Origin: the human T2T-CHM13v2.0 reference genome, Homo sapiens
Strand: one strand, 5' to 3'
Length of the DNA stretch: 64,000 nt
Assembly (NCBI RefSeq): GCF_009914755.1
Contig: NC_060937.1
The notes under the pieces are model-generated. The model searched no databases. It was not told the DNA's origin and saw only the letters and a list, made by a program, of their open reading frames with translations. Below are positions 44,701 through 60,000 of the stretch, in pieces (positions within the stretch are counted from its first letter, which is position 1; every line of letters starts with the position of its first letter). The position numbers and the translations under genes are program-made.

Positions 44701-44750
44701 AGGTACTTCAAATATATATTATATGCTGCACATAAAATATCAAAGTACCC
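35710..44750 (+). repeat. Near-identical copy of 2640-11680 (offset 33,070 bp)
   Basis: ORF pairs 2657/35727, 5186/38256, 8660/41730 and 11518/44588 all differ by 33,070. Private variants (tatttaatgtacataacata, gaaggcccctcc, gcattaaacact, actacgcca) and the 461- and 794-bp duplications are shared. Confidence 0.9.
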
Positions 44751-47700
44751 AAGGTATGCATTACATACTGTACATAAAATATCAAAGTACACAAATTATA
44801 TATTATATACTGTACATAAAATATGTAGGTTCATCAAATATATTTTATATTCTGTACATAATATATCAAAGTACATCAAATATATATTATATACGGTACA
44901 TAAAATATCAAATTACCCAAAATATATATTATTTACTGTACATAAAATATGAAAGTAACCAAACATTTATAATAAACTGTACATAAATTATCAAAGTACT
45001 CAATCTACATATTATATACAGTATATAAAATATCAAAGTACACAAACTGTATATTATATACTGTACATAATATGTCAAAGTACCCAGAATATATAGCATA
45101 CTGTACATACAATATCAAAGTACCCAAAATATATATTGTATACTGTACATAAAATATGAAGGTACATCAAAGATATATTATATTCTGTACATAAAATATC
45201 AAAGTACACCAAATATATATTATATGCTGTACATAATATATTAAAGTTGCCCATGTATACATTTTATACTGTACATAAAATATGAAGGTACATCAAATAT
45301 ATAGTATATGCTGCACATAAAATATCAAAGTACCCAAAGTATGTATTATATACTGTACATAAAATATCAAAGTACCAAAAGTATATATTACCTACTGTAA
45401 ATAAAATGTGAAGATACCTCAAATATATATTATATTCTGTACATGAAATATCAAAGTACACCAAGTATATACTATATACTCTACATAAAATATTAAATTA
45501 CCCAAAATATGTATTGTATTGTGTACATAAAATATGAAAATAACCAAACATTTATAATAAACTGTACATAAAATATCAAAGTACTCAAACTTTATATTAT
45601 ATACTGTACATAAAGTATCAAAGTACCCAAACTGTGTAGTATATACTGTACATAAAATATCAAGGTACCCAAAATGTATATTGTAAACTGTAGATAAAAT
45701 ATCAAAGTACCCAAAATATATATTATATACTGTACATAAAATATGAAGGCACATCCAATATATATTATATTCTGTACATAAAATATCAAAGTACACCAAA
45801 TGTATATTATATACTGTACATAAAATATAAAACTACCCCAAATATATATTATATACTCTACATAAAATATCAAAGTACCCAAAATATATATTATATACTG
45901 TACATAATATATCAAAGTACCCATAGTATGTATTATATCCTGTACATAAAATATGAAAGTACGTCAAATATATATTCTATTCTGCACATAAAATATCATA
46001 TTGCACCAAATATATATTGTATACTGTATATAAAATATGAAGGTACTTCAAATATATATTATATGCTGCACATAAAATATCAAAGTACCCAAAGTATGCA
46101 TTATATACTGTACATAAAATATCAAAGTACCCAAAGTGTATATTATATACTGTACATAAAATATGAAGGTTCATCAAATATATTTTATATTCTGCACATA
46201 ATATATCAAAGTACAGCAAATATATATTATATACTGTACATAAAATAACAAAGTAACAAAAATATGTATTATATACTGTACATAAAATATGAAAGTAACC
46301 AAATATTTATAATAAACTGTATATAAAATATCAAAGTACTCAAACTACATATTATATACAGTATATAAAATATCAAAGTACCCAAACTATATATTATATA
46401 CTGTACATACTATATCAAAGTACCCGAATATAGAGCATACTGTACATAAAATATCAAATTACCCAAAATATATATTGTATACTGTACATAAAATATGAAG
46501 GTACATCAAAGATATATTATATTCTGTACATAAAATATCAAAGTACACCAAATATATATTATATGCTGTACAGAATATATTAAAGTCGACCAAATGTATA
46601 CTATATACTGTACATAAAATATGAAGGTACATCAAATATATATTATATGCTGCACATAAAATATCAAAGTACCCAAAGTATGTGTTATATACTGTACATA
46701 AAATATCAAAGTACCCAAAGTATATATTATATACTGTACATAAAATATAAAATACCCCAAATACATATTATATGCTGTACATAAAATATCAAAGTACACA
46801 AAATATGCATTATGTACTGTACATAAATTATCAAAGGACCCAAAATATATATTATATAATGTACATAAAATATCAAAATACCCAAAATATATATTATATA
46901 CTGTACATAAAATACCAAAGTACCCAAAGTATATATTATATACTGTATAAAAAATATCAAAGTAGCCAAAATATGTATTATACACTGTACATAATATATG
47001 AAAGTACCCAAATATTTATAATAAACTGTACATAAAATATCAATGTACTCAAACTATATATTATGTGCGGTACTTAAGATATCAAAGTACCCATACTATA
47101 TAGTATGTACTGTACTTAAAATATCAAAATACCCAAAATATATATTATATACGTTACATAAACTATCAAATACACAAAGTATGTATTACATACTGTACAT
47201 AAAATAGCAAAGTTCCCAAAATATGTATTATATACTGTACATAAAATATGAAAGTACCCAACCATTTATAATAAACTCTACATAAAATACCAAAGTACCC
47301 AAACTGTGTATTATATACTCTCCATAAAATATCAAAGTACCCAAAATATATATTGTCAACTGTACATAAAATATCAAAGTACTCAATCTACATATTATAT
47401 ACAGTATATAAAATATCAAAGTACACAAACTGTATATTATATACTGTACATAATATATCAAAGTACCCAGAATATATAGCATACTGTACTTAAAATATCA
47501 AAGTACCCAAAATATATATTGTATACTGTACATAAAATATGAAGGTACATCAAAGATATATTATATTCTGTACATAAAATATCAAAGTACACCAAATATA
47601 TATTATATGCTGTACATAATATATTAAAGTTGCCCATATATACATTATATACTGTACATAAAATATGAACGTACATCAAATATATAGTATATGCTGCACA

Positions 47701-49645
47701 TAAAATATCAAAGTACCCAAAGTATGTATTATACACTGTACATAAAATATCAAAGTACCAAAAGTATATATTACATACTGTAAATAAAATATGAAGGTAC
47801 CTCAAATATATATTATATTCTGTACATAAAATATCAAAGTACACCAAGTATATACTATATACTCTGCATAAAATATTAAATTACCCAAAATATGTATTGC
47901 ATTGTGTACATAAAATATGAAAGTAACCAAACATTTATAATAAACTGTACATAAAATATCAAAGTACTCAAACTGTATATTATATACTGTACATAAAGTA
48001 TCAAAGTACCCAAACTGTGTAGTATATACTGTACATAAAATATCAAGGTACCCAAAATATATATTGTAAACTGTAGATAAAATATAAAAGTACCCAAAAT
48101 ATATATTATATACTGTACATAAAATATGAAGGCACATCCAATATATATTATATTCTGTACATAAAATATCAAAGTACACCAAATGTATATTATATACTGT
48201 ACATAAAATATCAAAGTACCCAAAGTGTATATTATATACTGTACATAAACTATGAAGGTTCATCAAATATATTTTATATTCTGCACATAATATATCAAAG
48301 TACAGCAAATATATATTATATACTGTACATAAAATATCAAAGTACCCAAAATATGTATTATATACTGTACATAAAATATGAAAGTAACCAAACATTTATA
48401 ATAAACTGTACATAAAGTATCAAAGTACTCAAACTACATATTATATACAGTATATAAAATGTCAAAGTACCCAAACTGTATATTATATACTGTACATAAT
48501 ATATCAAAGTACCCGAATATATAGCATACTGTACATAAAATATCAAAGTACCCAAAGTGTGTATTATACACTGCACATAAAATATGAAGGTACATAAAAT
48601 ATATATTGTATTCTGTACATAAAATATCAAAGTACTCCAAATATATATTATATGCTGTACATAATATATTAAAGTCTCCCAAATATATATTATATACTGT
48701 ACATAAAATATGAAGGTACATCAAATATATATTATATGCTGCACATAAAATATCAAAGTACCCAAAGTATGTGTTATATACTGTACATAAAATATCAAAG
48801 TACCCAAAGTATATATTATATACTGTACATAAAATATAAAATACCCCAAATATATATTATATGCTATACATAAAATATCAAAGTACACAAAATATGTATT
48901 ATATACTGTACATAAAATACCAAAGGACCCAAAATATATATTATATACTGTACATAAAATATCAAAATACCCAAAATATATATTATATACTGTACATAAA
49001 ATACCAAAGTACCCAAAGTATATATTATATACCGTACAAAAAATATCAAAGTAGCCAAAATATGTATTATACACTGTACATAATATATGAAAGTACCCAA
49101 ACATTTATAATAAACTGTACATAAAATATCAATGTACTCAAACTATATATTATGTGCGGTACATAAGATATCAAATTACCCATACTATATAGTATATACT
49201 GTACTTAAAATATCAAAATACCCAAAATATATATTATATACGTTACATAAACTATCAAATACACAAAGTATGTATTATATACTGTACATAAAATAGCAAA
49301 GTTCCCAAAATATGTATTATATATATTATAAATATGTACATAAAATATGAAAGTACCCAACCATTTATAATAAACTCTACATAAAACACCAAAGTACCCA
49401 AACTGTGTTTTATATACTGTCCATAAAATATCAAAGTACCCAAAATATATATTGTAAACTCTACATAAAATATCAAAGTAGCCAAAATACATATTGTATA
49501 CTGTACATAAAATATAAAAGTACCCCAAATATATATTATATACTGTACATAAAATATCAAAGTACCCATAATACATATTATATACTGTACATAAAATATC
49601 AAAGGACCCAAAATAAACATTATATACTGTACATAAAATATCCAA
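42111..49645 (+). repeat. Complex rearranged HOR stretch (7535 bp)
   Basis: 7535 = 3307 + 794 - 5 + 1340 + 3023 - 924. Each term maps to a visible junction or indel. Confidence 0.75.
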
Positions 49646-52600
49646 ATACTCAAAATATATATTACATACTGTACATAAAATATCAAAGTACCCAAATTAT
49701 GTATTATATACTGTACGTAAAATATCAGAGTACCCAAAATATGCATTATATACTGTACATAAAATATGAAAGTAACAAAACATTTATAATAAACTGTACA
49801 TAAAATATCAAAGTACTCAAACTATATATCATATACTGTACATAAAATATCAAAGTACCCAAACTGTGTATTATTATATACTGTATATAAAATATCAAAG
49901 TACCTGAAATATATATTGTATACTGTACATAAAATATCAAAGTACACAAAATATATACTATATACTGTACATAAAATATGAAGGTACATCAAATATATAT
50001 TATATCCTGTACATAAAATATCAAAGTACACCTATTATATATTGTTTACTGTACATAATATATTAAATCGCCCAAATATATATTGTATACTGTATATAAA
50101 ATATGAAGGTACTTCAAATATATATTATAAGCTGCACATAAAATATCAAAGTACCCAAGGTATGCATTACATACTGTACATAAAATATCAAAGTACACAA
50201 ATTATATATTATATACTGTACATAAAATATGTAGGTTCATCAAATATATTTTATATTCTGTACATAATATATCAAAGTACATCAAATATATATTATATAC
50301 GGTACATAAAATATCAAATTACCCAAAATATGCATTATTTACTGTACATAAAATATGAAAGTAACCAAACATTTATAATAAACTGTACATAAATTATCAA
50401 AGTACTCAATCTACATATTATATACAGTATATAAAATATCAAAGTACACAAACTGTATATTATATACTGTACATAATATGTCAAAGTACCCAGAATATAT
50501 AGCATACTGTACATACAATATCAAAGTACCCAGAATGTATATTCTATACTGTACATAAAATATGATGGTACATCAAAGATATATTATATTCTGTACATAA
50601 AATATCAAAGTACACCAAATATATATTATATGCTGTACATAATATATTAAAGTTGCCCATGTATACATTTTATACTGTACATAAAATATGAAGGTACATC
50701 AAATATATACTATATGCTGCACATAAAATATCAAAGTATCCAAAGTATGTATTATATACTGTACATAAAATATCAAAGTACCAAAAGTATATATTACCTA
50801 CTGTAAATAAAATATGAAGGTACCTCAAATATATATTATATTCTGTACATGAAATATCAAAGTACACCAAGTATATACTATATAATCTACATAAAATATT
50901 AAATTACCCAAAATATGTATTGTATTGTGTACATAAATTATGAAAGTAACCAAACATTTATAATAAACTGTACATAAAATATCAAAGTACTCAAACATTA
51001 TATTATATACTGTACATAAAGTATCAAAGTACCCAAACTGTGTAGTATATACTGTACATAAAATATCAAGGTACCCAAAATGTATATTGTAAACTGTAGA
51101 TAAAATATCAAAGTACCCAAAATATATATTATATACTGTACATAAAATATGAAGGCACATCCAATATATATTATATTCTGTACATAAAATATCAAAGTAC
51201 ACCAAATGTATATTATATACTGTACATAAAATAAAAAACTACCCCAAATATATATTATATACTCTACATAAAATATCAAAGTACCCAAAATATATATTAT
51301 ACACTGTACATAAAATATCAAAGTACCCATAGTATGTATTATATCCTGTACATAAAATATGAAGGTACATCAAATATATATTCTATTCTGCACATAAAAT
51401 ATCATATTGCACCAAATATATATTGTATACTGTATATAAAATATGAAGGTACTTCAAATATATATTATATGCTGCACATAAAATATCAAAGTACCCAAAG
51501 TATGCATTACATACTGTACATAAAATATCAAAGTACCCAAAGTGTATATTATATACTGTACATAAAATATGAAGGTTCATCAAATATATTTTATATTCTG
51601 CACATAATATATCAAAGTACAGCAAATATATATTATATACTGTACATAAAATAACAAAGTACCAAAAATATGTATTATATACTGTACATAAAATATGAAA
51701 GTAACAAAATATTTATAATAAACTGTATATAAAATATCAAAGTACTCAAACTACATATTATATACAGTATATAAAATATCAAAGTACCCAAACTGTATAT
51801 TATATACTGTACATACTATATCAAAGTACCCGAATATATAGCATACTGTACATAAAATATCAAAGTACCCAAAATATATATTGTATACTGTACATAAAAT
51901 ATGAAGGTACATCTAAGATATATTATATTCTGTACATAAAATATCAAATTACACCAAATATATATTATATGCTGTACATAATATATTAAAGTCGACCAAA
52001 TATATATTATATACTGTACATAAAATATGAAGATACATCAAATATATATTATATGCTGCACATAAAATATCAAAGTACCCAAAGTATGTATTATACACTG
52101 TACATAAAATATCAAAGTACCAAAAGTATATATTACATACTGTAAATAAAATATGAAGGTACCTCAAATATATATTATATTCTGTACATAAAATGTCAAA
52201 GTACACCAAGTATATACTATATACTCTGCATAAAATATTAAATTACCCAAAATATGTATTGTATTGTGTACATAAAATATGAAAGTAACCAAACATTTAT
52301 AATAAACTGTACATAAAATATCAAAGTACTCAAACTGTATATTATATACTGTACATAAAGTATCAAAGTACCCAAACTGTGTAGTATATACTGTACATAA
52401 AATATCAAGGTACCCAAAATATATATTGTAAACTGTAGATAAAATATCAAAATACCCAAACTATATATTATATACTGTACATAAAATATGAAGGCACATC
52501 AAATATATATTATATTCTGTACATGAAATATCAAAGTACACCAAATGTATATTATATACTGTACATAAAATATCAAAGTACCCAAAGTGTATATTATATA

Positions 52601-53746
52601 CTGTACATAAAATATGAAGGTTCATCAAATATATTTTATATTCTGCACATAATATATCAAAGTACAGCAAATATATATTATATACTGTACATAAAATATC
52701 AAAGTACCCAAAATATGTATTATATACTGTACATAAAATATGAAAGTAACCAAACATTTATAATAAACTGTACATAAAGTAACAAAGTACTCAAACTACA
52801 TATTATATACAGTATATAAAATGCCAAAGTACCCAAACTGTATATTATATACTGTACATAATATATCAAAGTACCCGAATATATAGCATACTGTACATAA
52901 AATATCAAAGTACCCAAAGTGTGTATTATACACTGCACATAAAATATGAAGGTACATAAAATATATATTGTATTCTGTATATAAAATATCAAAGTACTCC
53001 AAATATATATTATATGCTGTACATAATATATTAAAGTCGCCCAAATATATATTATATACTGTACATAAAATATGAAGGTACATCAAATATATATTATATG
53101 CTGCACATAAAATATCAAAGTACCCAAAGTATATATTATATACCGTACAAAAAATATCAAAGTAGCCAAAATATGTATTATACACTGTACATAATATATG
53201 AAAGTACCCAAACATTTATAATAAACTGTACATAAAATATCAATGTACTCAAACTATATATTATGTGCGCTACATAAGATATCAAAGTACCCATGCTATA
53301 TAGTATATACTGTACTTAAAATATCAAAATACCCAAAATATATATTATATACGTTACATAAACTATCAAATACACAAAGTATGTATCATATACTGTACAT
53401 AAAATAGCAAAGTTCCCAAAATATGTATTATATACTGTACATAAAATATGAAAGTACCCAACCATTTATAATAAAGTCTACATAAAATACCAAAGTACCC
53501 AAACTGTGTATTATATACTGTCCATAAAATATCAAAGGACCCAAAATATATATCGTAAACTCTACATAAAATATCAAAGTAGCCAAAATACATATTGTAT
53601 ACTGTACATAAAATATAAAAGTACCCCAAATATATATTATATACTGTACATAAAATATCAAAGTACCCATAATACATATTATATACTGTACATAAAATAT
53701 CAAAGGACCCAAAATAAACATTATATACTGTACATAAAATATCCAA
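49646..53746 (+). repeat. A/B chimeric HOR (4101 bp)
   Basis: 4101 = 3307 + 1046 (jump back near 52000-52095) - 252 (deletion near 53105-53132). Confidence 0.72.
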
Positions 53747-56700
53747 ATACTCAAAATATATATTACATACTGTACATAAAATATCAAAGTACCCAAATTA
53801 TGTATTATATACTGTACGTAAAATATCAGAGTACCCAAAATATGCATTATATACTGTACATAAAATATGAAAGTAACAAAACATTTATAATAAACTGTAC
53901 ATAAAATATCAAAGTACTCAAACTATATATCATATACTGTACATAAAATATCAAAGTACCCAAACTGTGTATTATTACATACTGTATATAAAATATCAAA
54001 GTACCTGAAATATATATTTTATACTGTACATAAAATATTAAAGTACCCAAAATATATACTATATACTGTACATAAAATATGAAGGTACATCAAATATATA
54101 TTATATCCTGTACATAAAATATCAAAGTACTCCTATTATATATTGTGTACTGTACATAATATATTAAATCGCCCAAATATATATTGTATACTGTATATAA
54201 AATATGAAGGTACTTCAAATATATATTATATGCTGCACATAAAATATCAAAGTACCCAAAGTATGCATTACATACTGTACATAAAATATCAAAGTACACA
54301 AATTATATATTATATTCTGTACACAAAATATGTAGGTTCATCAAATATATTTTATATTCTGTACATAATATATCAAAGTACATCAAATATATATTATATA
54401 CGGTACATAAAATATCAAAGTACCCAAAATATGTACTATTTACTGTACATAAAATATGAAAGTAACCAAACTTTTATAATAAACTGTACATAAAATATCA
54501 AAGTACTCAATCTACCTATTATATACAGTATATAAAATATCAAAGTACACAAACTGTATATTATATACTGTACATAATATATCAAAGTACCCAGAATATA
54601 TAGCATACTGTACATACAATATCAAAGTACCCAGAATGTATATTGTATACTGTACATAAAATATGAAGGTACATCAAAGATATATTATATTCTGTACATA
54701 AAATATCAAAGTACACCAAATATATATTATATGCTGTACATAATATATTAAAGTTGCCCATGTATACATTTTATACTGTACATAAAATATGAAGGTACAT
54801 CAAATATATAGTATATGCTGCACATAAAATATCAAAGTACCCAAAGTATGTATTATATACTGTACATAAAATATCAAAGTACCAAAAGTATATATTACCT
54901 ACTGTAAATAAAATATGAAGATACCTCAAATATATATTATATTCTGTACATGAAATATCAAAGTACACCAAGTATATACTATATACTCTACATAAAATAT
55001 TAAATTACCCACAATATGTATTGTATTGTGTACATAAAATATGAAAGTAACCAAACATTTATAATAAACTGTACATAAAATATCAAAGTACTCAAACTTT
55101 ATATTATATACTGTACATAAAGTATCAAAGTACCCAAACTGTGTAGTATATACTGTACATAAAATATCAAGGTACCCAAAATGTATATTGTAAACTGTAG
55201 ATAAAATATCAAAGTACCCAAAATATATATTATATACTGTACATAAAATATGAAGGCACATCCAATATATATTATATTCTGTACATAAAATATCAAAGTA
55301 CACCAAATGTATATTATATACTGTACATAAAATATAAAACTACCCCAAATATATCTTATATACTGTACATAAAATATCAAAGTACCCAAAATATATATTA
55401 TATACTGTACATAATATATCAAAGTACCCATAGTATGTATTATATCCTGTACATAAAATATGAAAGTACGTCAAATATATATTCTATTCTGCACATAAAA
55501 TATCATATTGCACCAAATATATATTGTATACTGTATATAAAATATGAAGGTACTTCAAATATATATTATATGCTGAACATAAAATATCAAAGTACCCAAA
55601 GTATGCATTATATACTGTACATAAAATATCAAAGTACCCAAAGTGTATATTATATACTGTACATAAAATATGAAGGTTCATCAAATATATTTTATATTCT
55701 GCACATAATATATCAAAGTACAGCAAATATATATTATATACTGTACATAAAATAACAAAGTACCAAAAATATGTATTATATACTGTACATAAAATATGAA
55801 AGTAACCAAATATTTATAATAAACTGTATATAAAATATCAAAGTACTCAAACTACATATTATATACAGTATATAAAATATCAAAGTACCCAAACTATATA
55901 TTATATACTGTGCATACTATAGCAAAGTACCCGAATATATAGCATACTGTACATAAAATATCAAATTACCCAAAATATATATTGTATACTGTACATAAAA
56001 TATGAAGGTACATCAAAGATATATTATATTCTGTACATAAAATATCAAAGTACACCAAATATATATTATATGCTGTACAGAATATATTAAAGTCGACCAA
56101 ATGTATATTATATACTGTACATAAAATATGAAGGTACATCAAATATATATTATATGCTGCACATAAAATATCAAAGTACCCAAAGTATGTGTTATATACT
56201 GTACATAAAATATCAAAGTACCCAAAGTATATATTATATACTGTACATAAAATATAAAATACCCCAAATATATATTATATGCTGTACATAAAATATCAAA
56301 GTACACAAAATATGCATTATGTACTGTACATAAATTATCAAAGGACCCAAAATATATATTATATAGTGTACATAAAATATCAAAATACCCAAAATATATA
56401 TTATATACTGTACATAAAATACCAAAGTACCCAAAGTATATATTATATACTGTATAAAAAATATCAAAGTAGCCAAAATATGTATTATACACTGTACATA
56501 ATATATGAAAGTACCCAAACATTTATAATAAACTGTACATAAAATATCAATGTACTCAAACTATATATTATGTGCGGTACTTAAGATATCAAAGTACCCA
56601 TACTATATAGTATGTACTGTACTTAAAATATCAAAATACCCAAAATATATATTATATAGGTTACATAAACTATCAAATACACAAAGTATGTATTACATAC

Positions 56701-57053
56701 TGTACATAAAATAGCAAAGTTCCCAAAATATGTATTATATACTGTACATAAAATATGAAAGTAACCAACCATTTATAATAAACTCTACATAAAATACCAA
56801 AGTACCCAAACTGTGTATTATATACTCTCCATAAAATATCAAAGTACCCAAAATATATATTGTCAACTGTACATAAAATATCAAAGTAGCCAAAATATAT
56901 ATAGTATACCGTACATAAAATATAAAAGTACCCCAAATATGTATTATATACTGTACATAAAATATCAAAGTACCGATAATACATATTATATACTGTACAT
57001 AAAATATCAGAGGACCCAAAATAAACATTATATACTGTACATAAAATATCCAA
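53747..57053 (+). repeat. Type A HOR (3307 bp)
   Basis: Marker spacing 3307 and the 294-bp block near 55325. Confidence 0.85.
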
Positions 57054-60000
57054 ATACTCACAATATATATTACATACTGTACATAAAATATCAAAGTACC
57101 CAAATTATGTATTATATACTGTACGTAAAATATCAGAGTACCCAAAATATGCATTATATACTGTACATAAAATATGAAAGTAACAAAACATTTATAATAA
57201 ACTGTACATAAAATATCAAAGTACTCAAACTATATATCATATACTGTACATAAAATATCAAAGTACCCAAACTGTGTATTATTATATACTGTATATAAAA
57301 TATCAAAGTACCTGAAATATATACTGTATACTGTACATAAAATATCAAAGTACCCAAAATATATACTATATACTGTACATAAAATATGAAGGTACATCAA
57401 ATATATATTATATCCTGTACATAAAATATCAAAGTACACCTATTATATATTGTGTACTGTACATAATATATTAAATCGCCCAAATATATATTGTATACTG
57501 TATATAAAATATGAAAGTACTTCAAATATATATTATATGCTGCACATAAAATATCAAAGTACCCAAAGTATGCATTACATACTGTACATAAAATATCAAA
57601 GTACACATATTATCTATTATATAATGTACATAAAATATGAAGGTTCATCAAATATATATTATATTCTGTACATAATATATCAAAGTACATCAAATATATA
57701 TTATATACTGTACATAAAATATCAAAGTACCAAAAATATGTATTATATACTGTACATAAAACATGAAAGTAACCAAACATTTATAATAAACTGTACATAA
57801 AATATCAAAGTACTCAATCTACATATTATATACAGTATATAAAATATCAAAGTACACAAACTGTATATTATATACTGTACATAATATATCAAAGTACCCA
57901 GAATATATAGCATACTGTACTTAAAATATCAAAGTACCCAAAATATATATTGTATACTGTACATAAAATATGAAGGTACATCAAAGATATATTATATTCT
58001 GTACATAAAATATCAAACTACACCAAATATATATTATATGCTGTACATAATATATTAAAGTTGCCCATATATACATTATATACTGTACATAAAATATGAA
58101 CGTACATCAAATATACAGTATATGCTGCACATAAAATATCAAAGTACCCAAAGTATGTATTATACACTGTACATAAAATATCAAAGTACCAAAAGTATAT
58201 ATTACATACTGTAAATAAAATATGAAGGTACCTCAAATATATATTATATTCTGTACATAAAATATCAAAGTACACCAAGTATATACTATATACTCTGCAT
58301 AAAATATTAAATTACCCAAAATATGTATTGCATTGTGTACATAAAATATGAAAGTAACCAAACATTTATAATAAACTGTACATAAAATATCAAAGTACTC
58401 AAACTGTATATTATATACTGTACATAAAGTATCAAAGTACCCAAACTGTGTAGTATATACTGTACATAAAATATCAAGGTACCCAAAATATATATTGTAA
58501 ACTGTAGATAAAATATCAAAGTACCCAAAATATATATTATATACTGTACATAAAATATGAAGGCACATCCAATATATACTATATTCTGTACATAAAATAT
58601 CAAAGTACACCAAATGTATATTATATACTGTACAAAAAATATCAAAGTACCCAAAGTGTATATTATATACTGTACATAAAGTATGAAGATTCATCAAATA
58701 TATTTTATATTCTGCACATAATATATCAAAGTACAGCAAATATATATTATATACTGTACATAAAATATCAAAGTACCCAAAATATGTATTATATACTGTA
58801 CATAAAATATGAAAGTAACCAAACATTTATAATAAACTGTACCTAAATTATCAAAGTACTCAAACTACATATTATATACAGTATATAAAATGTCAAAGTA
58901 CCCAAACTGTATATTATATACTGTACATAATATATCAAAGTACCTGAATATATAGCATACTCTACATAAAATATCAAAGTACCCAAAGTGTGTATTATAC
59001 ACTGCACATAAAATATGAAGGTACATAAAATATATATTGTATTCTGTACATAAAATATCAAAGTACTCCAAATATATATTATATGCTGTACATAATATAT
59101 TAAAGTCGCCCAAATATATATTATATACTGTACATAAAACATGAAGGTACATCAAATATATATTATATGCTGCACATAAAATATCAAAGTACCCAAAGTA
59201 TGTGTTATATACTGTACATAAAATATCAAAGTACCCAAAGTATATATTATATACTGTACATAAAATATAAAATACCCCAAATATATATTATATGCTGTAC
59301 ATAAAATATCAAAGTACACAAAATATGCATTATGTACTGTACATAAATTATCAAAGGACCCAAAATATATATTATATAATGTACATAAAATATCAAAATA
59401 CCCAAAATATATATTATATACTGTACATAAAATACCAAAGTACCCAAAGTATATATTATATACTGTATAAAAAATATCAAAGTAGCCAAAATATGTATTA
59501 TACACTGTACATAATATATGAAAGTACCCAAATATTTATAATAAACTGTACATAAAATATCAATGTACTCAAACTATATATTATGTGCGGTACTTAAGAT
59601 ATCAAAGTACCCATACTATATAGTATGTACTGTACTTAAAATATCAAAATACCCAAAATATATATTATATACGTTACATAAACTATCAAATACACAAAGT
59701 ATGTATTACATACTGTACATAAAATAGCAAAGTTCCCAAAATATGTATTATATACTGTACATAAAATATGAAAGTACCCAACCATTTATAATAAACTCTA
59801 CATAAAATACCAAAGTACCCAAACTGTGTATTATATACTCTCCATAAAATATCAAAGTACCCAAAATATATATTGTCAACTGTACATAAAATATCAAAGT
59901 ACTCAATCTACATATTATATACAGTATATAAAATATCAAAGTACACAAACTGTATATTATATACTGTACATAATATATCAAAGTACCCAGAATATATAGC

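Noticed and set aside
26644-49335. Spacing of 22,680 bp (540 x 42 = 60 x 378) between two copies of the 10-bp insertion
   Set aside because: Numerical coincidence. The interval contains many non-42-bp monomers and rearranged units, and the other spacing (11,349) does not fit.
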